A DNA stretch of 63,473 nt from Candidatus Hodarchaeota archaeon (GTDB lineage: Archaea > Asgardarchaeota > Heimdallarchaeia > Hodarchaeales > Hodarchaeaceae), in NCBI GenBank assembly GCA_016839815.1, contig JAEOTM010000171.1, forward strand, positions 1 through 63,473, in the 5' to 3' direction. A model generated the notes under the pieces. That model made no database searches and was not told where the DNA came from. It worked only from the letters and a program-made list of their open reading frames with translations. Below, one piece after another: positions 29,034-38,397 of the stretch (its first letter is position 1; each line of letters opens with the position of its first letter). The position numbers and the translations under genes were made by a program.

Positions 29034-30191
29034 ATGAGTGATCAGAAATACAATCTTGAATCATTTTATTCAGCATTTGAACTCCTAGTTAAAACTGCTA
29101 AAAAAACAGTTAATTCAATTAATGAAAACCCTTCACAATTAGTTAAGTTTTGTAATATAATCCAACAAGCGAAAGAAAATAGAATTCATCTTGTGGGAAT
29201 GGGTAGATCAGGTAAAGTTGGCATGCTCTTTGGAGAGATGTTAAAGAACATCGGGTACGAGGTTTCATATTTAGGCAAGAGTTTAGCTAAACCAGTGAGA
29301 GCCAATGATGTAGTAATTGGTGTAACTGGCTCAGGGTGGACTAATTTTACTACTAAAGCTATTCAAAACGCGATTCTTAGGAAGGCAAAGATTCTGGTGA
29401 TTACAGGAGATGAAAAATCTCTAGCGGCTCGATTAGCTGATTCTATCATGATTATTCCTCGAGGTTATGTACGATCGACTTCTTCGGGGATAAATTCAAC
29501 TGGAAAGACCCCTCTTGGAGCCCCTTTAACACCCTTAGGAACATTGTTCGAAATGACTACGATGGCAATCGGTTTTGGTATTGTTGCCGGACTTAGAGAA
29601 GATTCTAATGTAAAAGGATTTAATGAAGGCATTAATAACATCCTAACAGCTGTAGACATGACTTTACATAATATACAGAAAAATGAAACATCTGTTCGAC
29701 AGTTCATAAATGCTATCGAGCCTTACTCATTACGGCCCCATTACAACCTTTTCATTTTCGGTAGTGGATTAGATTCGATTATTGCTAGTATCTCTTCCAT
29801 ACGATTAAGTCACCTCGGAATCCATGTTAAATCAACTTATGACTGGCGATTTAGGAAAAAAGGGGATCTTCTGATAAGTATCTCGGGTTCAGGTGTTTCT
29901 AGTAGGACTTTAGAACAAGTTAAAAGTGCAAAACAATCTAAAATGAAGATTCTAAGCTTAACGTCATTTCCCGAATCAAACTTAGCGAAAGACAGCGATA
30001 TATTACTGGAAATTGAGGGAAGACATGAAGAAGTAAGTTCAGATTTTCGTGAAATCTCAGATATGAGTTTTTTTATTCCCTCGTTTGAATACGCGGCAGC
30101 AATTGCTTTAGATTCTTGTGTAGCTCAAATTGCGAACAATCTAGGCATTACAGAAGAATCCATGCGAGCAGAACACGCTAATATAGAATAA
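29034..30191 (+). CDS. 6-phospho-3-hexuloisomerase-like protein with two tandem SIS domains
   Basis: Domain 1: G.GRSG, GVTGSG.T, PLGTLFE. Domain 2: FG.G, SISGSG.S, FE....LD, and the C-terminal M..EHANIE typical of PHI/HxlB. Confidence 0.82.
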   Translation: MSDQKYNLESFYSAFELLVKTAKKTVNSINENPSQLVKFCNIIQQAKENRIHLVGMGRSGKVGMLFGEMLKNIGYEVSYLGKSLAKPVRANDVVIGVTGSGWTNFTTKAIQNAILRKAKILVITGDEKSLAARLADSIMIIPRGYVRSTSSGINSTGKTPLGAPLTPLGTLFEMTTMAIGFGIVAGLREDSNVKGFNEGINNILTAVDMTLHNIQKNETSVRQFINAIEPYSLRPHYNLFIFGSGLDSIIASISSIRLSHLGIHVKSTYDWRFRKKGDLLISISGSGVSSRTLEQVKSAKQSKMKILSLTSFPESNLAKDSDILLEIEGRHEEVSSDFREISDMSFFIPSFEYAAAIALDSCVAQIANNLGITEESMRAEHANIE

Positions 30192-30219
30192 ATCAAAGTG
30201 ATGAGTGAGAAGAAGTAAT

Positions 30220-30906
30220 CTAGAACTCGATTTGAATTGAAGTAAGGAATTTCTTTAGCTCAACAGATGGTTTTTCTGCCTGATAAATGGCTCTACCAAT
30301 AATTATTATATCAGAACCGTTGTGCAAAGGTTCCTGAACAGTATCCAAAGTAATACCTCCTGCAACAGCTACTAAACTTGGTGTCTGTGCTTTGTATTTG
30401 TTGATAATATCCCAAGTAGATTTTCTTCCAGATAATTCTTCATCAATTCCCCTATGGATTATTAGCACATCAGGAAATATTTCAAACGTTTTCATTTTTT
30501 TTTCAAAATCATTAAATGGAATACCTAATGTATCTACCCAACTATCGATCTGTAATCTTTTACATTCAGCTATAAAGTTGTTTATCGTAGCTATAGGAGC
30601 AAGACCAGATACTACACATGCATCTACACCAGATTTAGCCCCTAAGTTCACTTCTAATTTTCCTACATCTAATGTTTTTAGATCAGCAATTAAATAATTT
30701 GAAGGAAAAAACTCTCTACACAAAGGAACAAGAGAACGTAATCCTTCGTTTTTCAGTAAAGGTGTACCAATTTCAATTAAGAGCTGAGTTGTAGATATTA
30801 CAGAAATTTGATCAAAGAGTTTTCTTACAGTAACAATTTCAGGTATATCAATTGCGAGTTGAAGATAGGGAGGAGAATTTAATAACCTAGGCTGAGAGCT
30901 ATTCAT
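30220..30906 (-). CDS. 3-hexulose-6-phosphate synthase (OMP-decarboxylase fold)
   Basis: LQLAID, IEIGTPLLK.EG, IADLKTLDVG, HRGIDE, AVAGGI, IIGRAI. The ATG at 30906 abuts the mobile element end. Confidence 0.88.
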   Translation of the reverse strand: MNSSQPRLLNSPPYLQLAIDIPEIVTVRKLFDQISVISTTQLLIEIGTPLLKNEGLRSLVPLCREFFPSNYLIADLKTLDVGKLEVNLGAKSGVDACVVSGLAPIATINNFIAECKRLQIDSWVDTLGIPFNDFEKKMKTFEIFPDVLIIHRGIDEELSGRKSTWDIINKYKAQTPSLVAVAGGITLDTVQEPLHNGSDIIIIGRAIYQAEKPSVELKKFLTSIQIEF

Positions 30907-30925
30907 GACTGAATTTGTCAGACAA
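30904..30925. repeat. Left terminal inverted repeat of the TnpB element (internal palindrome TTGTC-N-GACAA)
   Basis: Direct sequence comparison with 32309-32330. Confidence 0.75.
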
Positions 30926-32189
30926 TTCGTATAAAAGAATTCTGGACAGGATGAGTCACACATCCGCTATCCAGCAGGTTAGCACTCAAAGATGAGGTAC
31001 TAGCCATTGGGACTACTTGAGGAGCAGGTTGACCCCGCTGGAGAATATTACAAGCAGCGTTGATATCAGCATTGAGATGAACTCCACACCTTCGACAAGA
31101 AAAAGCTCCACGAGATCGTCGATTTTTCTTATCAATCAACCCACACTGACTGCATTGTTGGGAAGTATACGCCTCATTCACCCGAATTACCGTTATACCC
31201 ACAAGATTGGCCTTATATTCGAGCATATGTACGAATTTATGGAACGGTAGTTGGACAAATGCTTGATTAACACGCTTTCCAAGATCACAATGTTGTTTCC
31301 ACCCTAAGTTATACCCTATGAAAAGAGTATGAACGTTCTGGTCTAAACAATGAGAAATAATACGACGGGAGGTTTGATGGAAAAAATCCTGGAGGCGATT
31401 TGTTCGGAGACGATGAAGACGTAATATTCGCTGGGTTATTAGCTGGTGATTACAGGTGGTTGCTATAGAGCGATAATGGGCAAGTTGTTTGTTATACCAC
31501 TGATTGATGGTCTTTACTACCCCGCCTTTGACGAGTAAGCCGTCTGACGTAGTTACGAGGTTTGTAAGTCCAAGATCAATTCCCAACGCTCGGGAAGGAA
31601 TACTAGTAGAGGGAACAGGATACACTTGCACTTTATAGAGGATCTCAACCACGAATCGATCGTAAAAGGGGATGAGGCGCGCTCCCACGCAGGTGTCTGG
31701 CGTTACGGGAAGAGTTCCCACTGGAAAAGTAGGAAATCCGCGGGTCATAAGGTTTTTCGCAAATAAGATCTGGTTATTCCGAATACGCACCCGCGGGCGA
31801 GGAAAATTGAGCATGTGCAATCCGTTCCTAGGTTTATAACCTGGGATTCGGGGACGAGCGTGAAATTTGGTTGAATCCTGTTTCCACACTTTCAACCCAT
31901 TAAAGAAGCTTCGCCAGGTCTGTTCAATTTGCCGTAAGACCTGCTGCGGGAGGTAGCTATCGGATATTTCTTTTAACGCGAGATAGACGGGTTCGTGCTT
32001 GAGGCGATGGTAGAGCGCTTTATATTGGAGCCAGCGGCCTGTACGGAAAAATTCTTGGCGAACTTCATAGGTAGCTCGATTGTATAGGTTTTTGGCACAG
32101 GTACACAAATCCCTAAAGATGGGTCGGGGTTTCAACTGCATACGGATAGTTAACTGAGGGTGAGAAGATTTTTTGGCGCGCATTCCCAC
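30918..32189 (-). CDS. tnpB: RNA-guided endonuclease TnpB (IS200/IS605-IS607 family), rearranged RuvC
   Basis: AKNLYN, Q..LRQ....W.SFF, P.YK, RuvC-I GIDLG, IGYN.GWKQ, L.YKA...GI, NEAYTSQ, CSQC/CRRC zinc finger, RuvC-III NADINAA.NI. Confidence 0.93.
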   Translation of the reverse strand: MGMRAKKSSHPQLTIRMQLKPRPIFRDLCTCAKNLYNRATYEVRQEFFRTGRWLQYKALYHRLKHEPVYLALKEISDSYLPQQVLRQIEQTWRSFFNGLKVWKQDSTKFHARPRIPGYKPRNGLHMLNFPRPRVRIRNNQILFAKNLMTRGFPTFPVGTLPVTPDTCVGARLIPFYDRFVVEILYKVQVYPVPSTSIPSRALGIDLGLTNLVTTSDGLLVKGGVVKTINQWYNKQLAHYRSIATTCNHQLITQRILRLHRLRTNRLQDFFHQTSRRIISHCLDQNVHTLFIGYNLGWKQHCDLGKRVNQAFVQLPFHKFVHMLEYKANLVGITVIRVNEAYTSQQCSQCGLIDKKNRRSRGAFSCRRCGVHLNADINAACNILQRGQPAPQVVPMASTSSLSANLLDSGCVTHPVQNSFIRIV

Positions 32190-32308
32190 CTTTATCTAGA
32201 ATTCTTGGTCTTATAAGTGTGTACCCGAGAGAGAGGGGTGAAAATGACGAATGTGACACAATTCATCGAAATTGAACTCAGTCATTTCTGTTTTCTATCT
32301 TTTTTAGG

Positions 32309-32330
32309 TTGTCGGACAAATTCAACCATG
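32309..32330. repeat. Right terminal inverted repeat of the TnpB element
   Basis: Direct sequence comparison with 30904-30925. Confidence 0.75.
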
Positions 32331-32359
32331 TTACTTCCATTCTTCTTCACTTTTTTAGA

Positions 32360-33484
32360 CTAATTAAATGGAATAAATGTCGTCTGTAGATTGTCATACG
32401 AAGGATATTCTTCGGCCATACCCACCTGTGCTTTGGGGAATTTGGAGATAAGATCTTGGCTGATTTCTTCCAATAATGCAGCGTTAGTTAGAAGTCGGTG
32501 TTTTTCATAATCGATATGAACTAAATGCGCTGGGATATCCACCTCTAAAACTAGAAATTGTTTAATCTCTTCGAGATTATGATCGAATGTTTTTATGACT
32601 CCTCTGATAAGTAATCCTCTATCTGTGCCTTCTTCCACCACGACATCGGATGGGAGTTTAGTATTCATTGCTATTCGGTACAACCGGTTTGGTAACTGGA
32701 TGTTATCCTTCGTAGCGAGAGCACAGTAGTGAACTGGAATTTTTACATTTGTTGATGCCCATTCTACAATCTCGGTGGCTAGTTGTGCACTACCTTTTAC
32801 AGCGGACAAATTCATTTTATCAACTTCCAGCTTATGAGAGAGAAGATTGCGGAAGTTGGTTTCACTTACTTCGAGTTCATTCAAATTAATAAAGTAGAAC
32901 TGATTCTTTTGGGGGAGAATTGTTTCAAAATCCTGAATTATTCGTTGGTAATACTCGATTCCTTTCGTTGGAATCACAGGAATTTCGATTCCGACATCAA
33001 TATCAAATTTTGTTGTTTGTTGGATTATGTGAAGATCTTTTCTAATATTAAGCACATGAAAGCGGATTTCATCAATTACGGGTGAAATAATTGATAACAA
33101 TTCGGTATTCAAATCCTTCCCTCTAGTGTATACATGGATATGAAAATCATTTGAGAATTCTTCTTTTAAAGCTTTACAGTATGTGTAAGTCTTATCAAAC
33201 GAATGTAGTTCAAGAGGATCACCACCAGTCATACTAGCTCCTTTAGCATTCATATGGAGGGCTTCGATTAGAAGATCAGCAATACTGGAAAAAGGACGTT
33301 CATTTGCGAACGATTTGTTTGATTCTTTCCTTTCATTACTTAAAGGACAATAAAAACAATTACTGGAGCATTCCGTTCCTACAAGAACTACTAATTTCTC
33401 TCCCGAAATACATTGACGGCATCCTTTCGATAGGGGGCCTGAAAGAGAACTTCCCCAATCTGTTCTTTCAGGTTTATTAGCCAT
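32360..33484 (-). CDS. Radical SAM protein (COG2108-like)
   Basis: LSKGC..C..GEKLV...G..C...CFYCPLS, GAS.TGGDPL, HIH.YT, DEIRFH, INLNELE.SETN. Confidence 0.87.
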   Translation of the reverse strand: MANKPERTDWGSSLSGPLSKGCRQCISGEKLVVLVGTECSSNCFYCPLSNERKESNKSFANERPFSSIADLLIEALHMNAKGASMTGGDPLELHSFDKTYTYCKALKEEFSNDFHIHVYTRGKDLNTELLSIISPVIDEIRFHVLNIRKDLHIIQQTTKFDIDVGIEIPVIPTKGIEYYQRIIQDFETILPQKNQFYFINLNELEVSETNFRNLLSHKLEVDKMNLSAVKGSAQLATEIVEWASTNVKIPVHYCALATKDNIQLPNRLYRIAMNTKLPSDVVVEEGTDRGLLIRGVIKTFDHNLEEIKQFLVLEVDIPAHLVHIDYEKHRLLTNAALLEEISQDLISKFPKAQVGMAEEYPSYDNLQTTFIPFN

Positions 33485-33535
33485 AAAATCCCGTTCAAAG
33501 GATCCTTCAATGTCGCTTGTTTAAAAAATTGGAAT

Positions 33536-33775
33536 TTAGAACTCCTGAAAATGCACAAGAAAGTGGTCTCCTTGGGAAACAACTTTATATACTCCAGGGA
33601 GGTCTTTTCTACCTAAAACTTTCTTTGTGTAAAATTTTAATTTTCTAGAAGAAAGGTCCTTCACTACTAGTGTTTTACCTTCCTTTTTAGGCTTTAAATT
33701 CTCTTTCTCTTTGATCATTTTCGCTAAATCATTTATTATATCTGGATCGGGTATACTTGAAAGATCTACCTTCAT
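33536..33775 (-). CDS. Ribosomal protein eL22-like
   Basis: 79 aa, basic; SSRKLKFYTKKVL...DL...YKVVS aligns by eye with eL22 SKRYLKYLTKKYL...NLRDWLRVV. Confidence 0.72.
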   Translation of the reverse strand: MKVDLSSIPDPDIINDLAKMIKEKENLKPKKEGKTLVVKDLSSRKLKFYTKKVLGRKDLPGVYKVVSQGDHFLVHFQEF

Positions 33776-33818
33776 TTCATTTCCACCTAGTTAAACTCGA
33801 TTCTCTGGAAAACCCCTT

Positions 33819-34286
33819 CTAATTAATATCTGAATCACTGAGGTCGGGTAAAGAAACATCAATATAATCAAGAAACACCGTTAAATTGTTGCTATTGCGC
33901 ATTTCTATCAAATTTGTCTCTGCAGCAATAAACTTCGTACATTCTCCAGCTTGCGATGACACAGTTAGCTTCCTGTATGAGCAAGCTCGACTTATATCTA
34001 ATATAACGGATTCAAAGGGTCTTGACAATAGGTCTTGACGTACTTGAGACTCTGAAAATAGTCCATTAGCCAATCCTGAGGAAATAATAGGCTCTGCTTT
34101 CATTATATATTGCAATAAACAATTAATATGTCCAATATAACCGTTTTCAACCTCTGCAACAATTTTTTCATCAAACAGTTCGTTCATTACGACTCTATTT
34201 CCACAATGAGAACAAACTAGTCTTCCATTATTTGCAATGATCTCGTATATCAGGAATTCATTAAAATCATTGTCTTTAATTTCCAA
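33819..34286 (-). CDS. Hypothetical protein with possible Zn site
   Basis: 155-aa ORF with a CSHC...HINC pattern. Confidence 0.55.
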   Translation of the reverse strand: MEIKDNDFNEFLIYEIIANNGRLVCSHCGNRVVMNELFDEKIVAEVENGYIGHINCLLQYIMKAEPIISSGLANGLFSESQVRQDLLSRPFESVILDISRACSYRKLTVSSQAGECTKFIAAETNLIEMRNSNNLTVFLDYIDVSLPDLSDSDIN

Positions 34287-34649
34287 CTGGGTCAGTTCTC
34301 CATAGATCTACTTTAGGGAAGAGTTTTCCACTTCAAAGGATCGTCTATTTCTGAATTATTTATAGTATTTTCTTAAGGAAAGTAGTGAAAATTTCATTCC
34401 TCTTATTGTTTAAAGTCATTGATACTTAAATCACAGCGAATTTATACATTAATAGGAAATCAGAGTGATCTAAATTAAAAAGAACAATTTGAAATTTACG
34501 AAAAGAAAGGTTTTTCTAGATTTTATGATTAACCAGTCACAGAGAAATTAGGAATTCAGAGCTTAATAATGTCGCTCTGACACCGATGGTATTTTAGAAT
34601 ATTACGTATTTCTATTTTCTATTCGACTAGAAGGTCTGGGTGATCAAAA

Positions 34650-34925
34650 ATGGAAGATAAAATTGAAAATTCAAAGATGTTGTTGCAGCAAATCTCATCT
34701 GATCATAGTGTGCCAAAGAACATTAGAAGAGCTGCTAAAGAAGCCTATATGGCGGTAACAGGTAAAAATAGTCAAGATGATGACCCACCTGAAGTACGGG
34801 CAAATTTCGCTATCTCAATATTAGATGAGATTAGTCAAGATCCAAATTGTCCTCTTTTTGCCCGAACTAAAATTTGGGGAATCCTTTCCTTATTGGAAAC
34901 GATTACATCAGAATCTCAAGAATAG
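34650..34925 (+). CDS. UPF0147 family protein
   Basis: D.SVPKNIRRAA, RA..AISILDEISQDPN.P..ART.IW...S.LE. Confidence 0.92.
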   Translation: MEDKIENSKMLLQQISSDHSVPKNIRRAAKEAYMAVTGKNSQDDDPPEVRANFAISILDEISQDPNCPLFARTKIWGILSLLETITSESQE

Positions 34926-35032
34926 AGGCCATGAATACAGTCGCTATTGCGAGCTATTCCCTTTTTTTTATTTAAAACAATTAAAAAAACTGTGTTTTCA
35001 ATTTACAGAAGGCAAATATTCGAATGAGGGTT

Positions 35033-35233
35033 TTAAACTTCCTCAACAGGTATATTTAAATTTTGTACGATCTGATTAGCTTCTTTGGGGGTTGTTTTGA
35101 ACGTATAAAGACGTTTTTTAGTTCTAAGTTTTAATTTTACAACATCTGAATCCTTTAATCGTTTCACATAGCAAACTGATGCTAAATCGAGTGTAGTCAT
35201 GAATTCTTCTTTGGATTTTAATTCTTCTGGCAA
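35033..35233 (-). CDS. rpl38e: Ribosomal protein eL38
   Basis: MP.E.....EF, VKLKLRT.KRLYTFK. Confidence 0.85.
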   Translation of the reverse strand: MPEELKSKEEFMTTLDLASVCYVKRLKDSDVVKLKLRTKKRLYTFKTTPKEANQIVQNLNIPVEEV

Positions 35234-35314
35234 GTTTGTTTCTTCCTAGGGGAATTTTACTTGTGAACGTCCTTTCTTGTAATGAATTTTTATTTTTACT
35301 TAATTTTTTTCCTC

Positions 35315-35845
35315 TCATTCCTTCAGAATGTCTTTAGAGTAGAACTGCTTTAATTCCCCCCCACAATCAGGACATCGTAAAATGGATGTTCGAAAGACCT
35401 TTTTACAACTTCTACATCGTAATTGAGTTTTCCTGATCTCTTTAATTTCTTTACCACTGAGGATACGTGTTTTTAGATTCAGGTGTGCGGCAACATTCTG
35501 CAAAGCAAGGTCATTCGTAACTACTACTCCATTTAACTGATATGATAAGGCTAGAACTTGAATATCCGTTTCAGAAAGACGTGTATTAGGGTCGATTTTC
35601 CTTAATCTTTTCTTAAATAGTTTTAAAGCCTGTAAATCGGGAACGATTACCTCTAATTTACTTTCTTGGCGCATAATATCCAAATTCATCTTTGATCGAA
35701 AATCTTTTAGCTCATCAATTACTGAATGTGTTGTTACAAATTTTTGTGCATTTATAGACTGAAGAATTGGGAAGTCTAGTCCGATAAAAACGGTAGAATC
35801 CAAAACATGAATTAACTGGGTTGAATTTTCCAATATCAGGCTCAA
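35315..35845 (-). CDS. nob1: rRNA-processing endonuclease Nob1 (PIN + Zn ribbon)
   Basis: VLDS..FI, V..E.KD, LSETD..VLAL, TND.ALQNVA, C..C...CP.CG. Confidence 0.9.
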   Translation of the reverse strand: MSLILENSTQLIHVLDSTVFIGLDFPILQSINAQKFVTTHSVIDELKDFRSKMNLDIMRQESKLEVIVPDLQALKLFKKRLRKIDPNTRLSETDIQVLALSYQLNGVVVTNDLALQNVAAHLNLKTRILSGKEIKEIRKTQLRCRSCKKVFRTSILRCPDCGGELKQFYSKDILKE

Positions 35846-36702
35846 TCCCTAATTTCAGGATGAAGATGTTGTCTCCAACGTGAAGTGAAATGACGATGAC
35901 GAAAAAATTTAACTTTCTCTTGAGAGAGAGAAATTGAAAATTTCACAGGAGTGGTATATTCTATACTAATTTGTCCGTCGAAAACCATTTTTATTGGATT
36001 TATTCTCGTAGAGCAAATGATCTCAAGATTTCTAGATAAATCTAAAATTACAGGGCGAATAGCCAGATTTATTGGATTGATCCATGATATTATTAAACCA
36101 TGTAAGTTAGGATCCATGATACTACCCCCACTAGATAAATTGTGCCCTGTAGAACCTATTGGTGTTGCTATTATTATACCATCCGCTGATGAACCTGAGA
36201 TGACCTCATTATCCACTAATACCTTAAAGTCAATTGGTTTCAACAAATCTCCTGAAGTTATCAAGATTTCATTTATTGCAGATCCTTGAATTTGTCCATC
36301 CATTCTTGCAGCGATCTTTGTATGTTCTTCAAGCCGAAAATTACCTTGGAAAAATAATTTCAGAGAAGTTTCAATCTCATTTGCTTCAATTTCAGTCATA
36401 AACCCTTTTCTCCCCTTATTTATGGATAGTATTGGAACATGTGGTTTTGCTCGTGCAATTCTAAGGATTGTTCCATCTCCACCTATTGAGAAGATACAGT
36501 CTACATTCATCTCTTTGAGTGAAGCTTTGCGAAATCCAGGAATAAATTTCGGTCTATTGCTTTCGATATAATTGAAGAGTTCTGGATTTAACGAAAAAGA
36601 GATTGATTTACATTCTTCTAAGGAAATAATTGTATTAAGGATATCGATTGTATCTTCGCAAAGTACTTGGGAGAAAATACCAATTTGTGATACTTCCACC
36701 AA
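35842..36702 (-). CDS. nadK: NAD kinase
   Basis: GGDGT.L, N.G..GF, NE, ADG.IIATP.GSTG..LS.GG, DGQ. Confidence 0.92.
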   Translation of the reverse strand: MVEVSQIGIFSQVLCEDTIDILNTIISLEECKSISFSLNPELFNYIESNRPKFIPGFRKASLKEMNVDCIFSIGGDGTILRIARAKPHVPILSINKGRKGFMTEIEANEIETSLKLFFQGNFRLEEHTKIAARMDGQIQGSAINEILITSGDLLKPIDFKVLVDNEVISGSSADGIIIATPIGSTGHNLSSGGSIMDPNLHGLIISWINPINLAIRPVILDLSRNLEIICSTRINPIKMVFDGQISIEYTTPVKFSISLSQEKVKFFRHRHFTSRWRQHLHPEIRD

Positions 36703-36734
36703 TTATTAAACAACCTTTTTTTCAGTCCGTCTTC

Positions 36735-37172
36735 TCAGTATTCCATCTCCCGCACAAGATTAATTTTTTTCCTGTCCATTACCACCCAATAATCAAGTTC
36801 TATACCCTTACCTGCCTCAAATAGTTCATTTAATTTAGATTTTAAATCGTCTTCTGTTGGAGAATCAACAACAAAGGTTTCATATGATTCATTATCCATT
36901 ACATGTACGAATCCTGTATTAGCTTCCACATTGGTTACTTGTCCTGTCTTCTTCTCTATAATAGGAACATTAACTCGTTTATCAACGGGAGAGATCAATT
37001 GTCGTTTTTGATTGTCAAATAGACCAACAATCATCATTCGCGCTTTTGCCGCACCATGTTTTCCAGGTTTGCTTTTGTCGATGGAAATAACACGACATGG
37101 TTCGTTTGAGTCAGGATCAATAATATATCTACCTACTTTGATTGTACCAATTTTTTTCGGTTCGTAAGCCAT
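36735..37172 (-). CDS. eif5a: Translation factor aIF5A
   Basis: Hypusine motif SKPGKHG.AK, VP.IEK, MD.E.YETF. Confidence 0.95.
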   Translation of the reverse strand: MAYEPKKIGTIKVGRYIIDPDSNEPCRVISIDKSKPGKHGAAKARMMIVGLFDNQKRQLISPVDKRVNVPIIEKKTGQVTNVEANTGFVHVMDNESYETFVVDSPTEDDLKSKLNELFEAGKGIELDYWVVMDRKKINLVREMEY

Positions 37173-37657
37173 GGAATAACACCTTTCCTGAATTTTAGCA
37201 AGAAATTAACATTTCTTCGACTTGAATCTGCTGAAGAAATACATAATTTAAATAGTTTTTAACTTCTTACTAGGTTTTACCTTCTTGAGGGAGGAAAGTG
37301 TGGCATTCAATTATCTGTCTTGGGATAGGGTTTTGTTCTAATTGCACTCAAACTTTTATTTTCAATTCATAGCTGATTGATTAGATGATTTGTGCTTATT
37401 AAGGCAACTTAGGGGTTTAGTAGAATTAATAAGTTCAAATTCATGCTTTCAGAATACTCCTTAAGAGAGCGGGTTTTGTTTGGATCCTAGGGAGACTTGT
37501 GATAATTTAAATCATAGATAAAACTCATTCTATTGTTTTTTACTTTAGTAGCCTAAACAAGGAAGAAAATTACCCTCTGAATCGTTAAATATACAAGGTA
37601 AAATCGAATAGAATGACAGAGAAACGGAAAAAAAGTTCATACTTCAGGTGGATTGAG

Positions 37658-38395
37658 TTGTTTGCCCCAAAAGGTTTAGGTTATGATCGAGGGAGTACGA
37701 TTTTTAGCCCTGATGGACGATTGTTTCAGGTAGAGTACGCAATTGAGGCTGTTAAAAGGGGCACAACAGCTGTTGGCATTAAAACCGATGAAGGGTGTAT
37801 TCTTGTAGTACAGAAGAGATTACATAATACACTGATTGAAAAAGAAATGGTTAAGAAAATTTTTGCAATTGATGATCACATTGCTGTTGCTATTGCGGGA
37901 TTAACGGCTGATGCCCGAATATTAGTAAACCAAGCTCGAATTCAGGCACAAATTCATCAAATCACATATAAAGAATCAATTACAGTTGAAAATCTCACTC
38001 ATCGGATTGCTGATGTAAAGCAGGCTTATACACAGCATGCAGGTGTCCGGCCTTTCGGGGTATCCTTAATCATTGCTGGAGTGGATGAGATTAAAGGCCC
38101 TCAATTATATATGACAGAACCAAGTGGAAGTTATTGGGGATATCGTGCAGCCGTCATTGGATCTGGTACTCCGGTCATTGTAGAAGAATTAGAAAAATCT
38201 TACCCAGAAATCTCCAAAACTCTTCAAGAAGGAATTTTAATAGCACTTAAGGCTTTACAAAAAGTATCTGACGATATTCTCGATCCAGACATGGTAGAAA
38301 TTGCTGTCATTCCCACTACTGATCGAAAATTAAATTACTATGACTCGATAGATATATTAAATCTCATTGAGCAAATTAAGAATACAGAGGAATAG
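37658..38395 (+). CDS. psmA: Proteasome alpha subunit
   Basis: YDR..TIFSPDGRLFQVEYA.EAV.RG, AGL.ADAR, YTQ..GVRPFGVS, EPSG. TTG start after AGGTGG is preferred (ORF track starts at 37613). Confidence 0.96.
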   Translation: MFAPKGLGYDRGSTIFSPDGRLFQVEYAIEAVKRGTTAVGIKTDEGCILVVQKRLHNTLIEKEMVKKIFAIDDHIAVAIAGLTADARILVNQARIQAQIHQITYKESITVENLTHRIADVKQAYTQHAGVRPFGVSLIIAGVDEIKGPQLYMTEPSGSYWGYRAAVIGSGTPVIVEELEKSYPEISKTLQEGILIALKALQKVSDDILDPDMVEIAVIPTTDRKLNYYDSIDILNLIEQIKNTEE

Positions 38396-38397
38396 TC

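Larger units (their letters stand above)
30904..32330 (-). mobile_element. Non-autonomous TnpB-only insertion element with imperfect terminal inverted repeats
   Basis: Left end CATGACTGAATTTGTCAGACAA (30904-30925) matches the reverse complement of right end TTGTCGGACAAATTCAACCATG (32309-32330) at 19/22 positions. Visibly higher GC than the flanks; single tnpB ORF; no transposase. Confidence 0.78.

Noticed and set aside
30907-30963. N-terminal extension of HPS in the ORF track (MCDSSCPEFF...)
   Set aside because: Derived from the TnpB element end; the HPS start is most plausibly the ATG at 30906.
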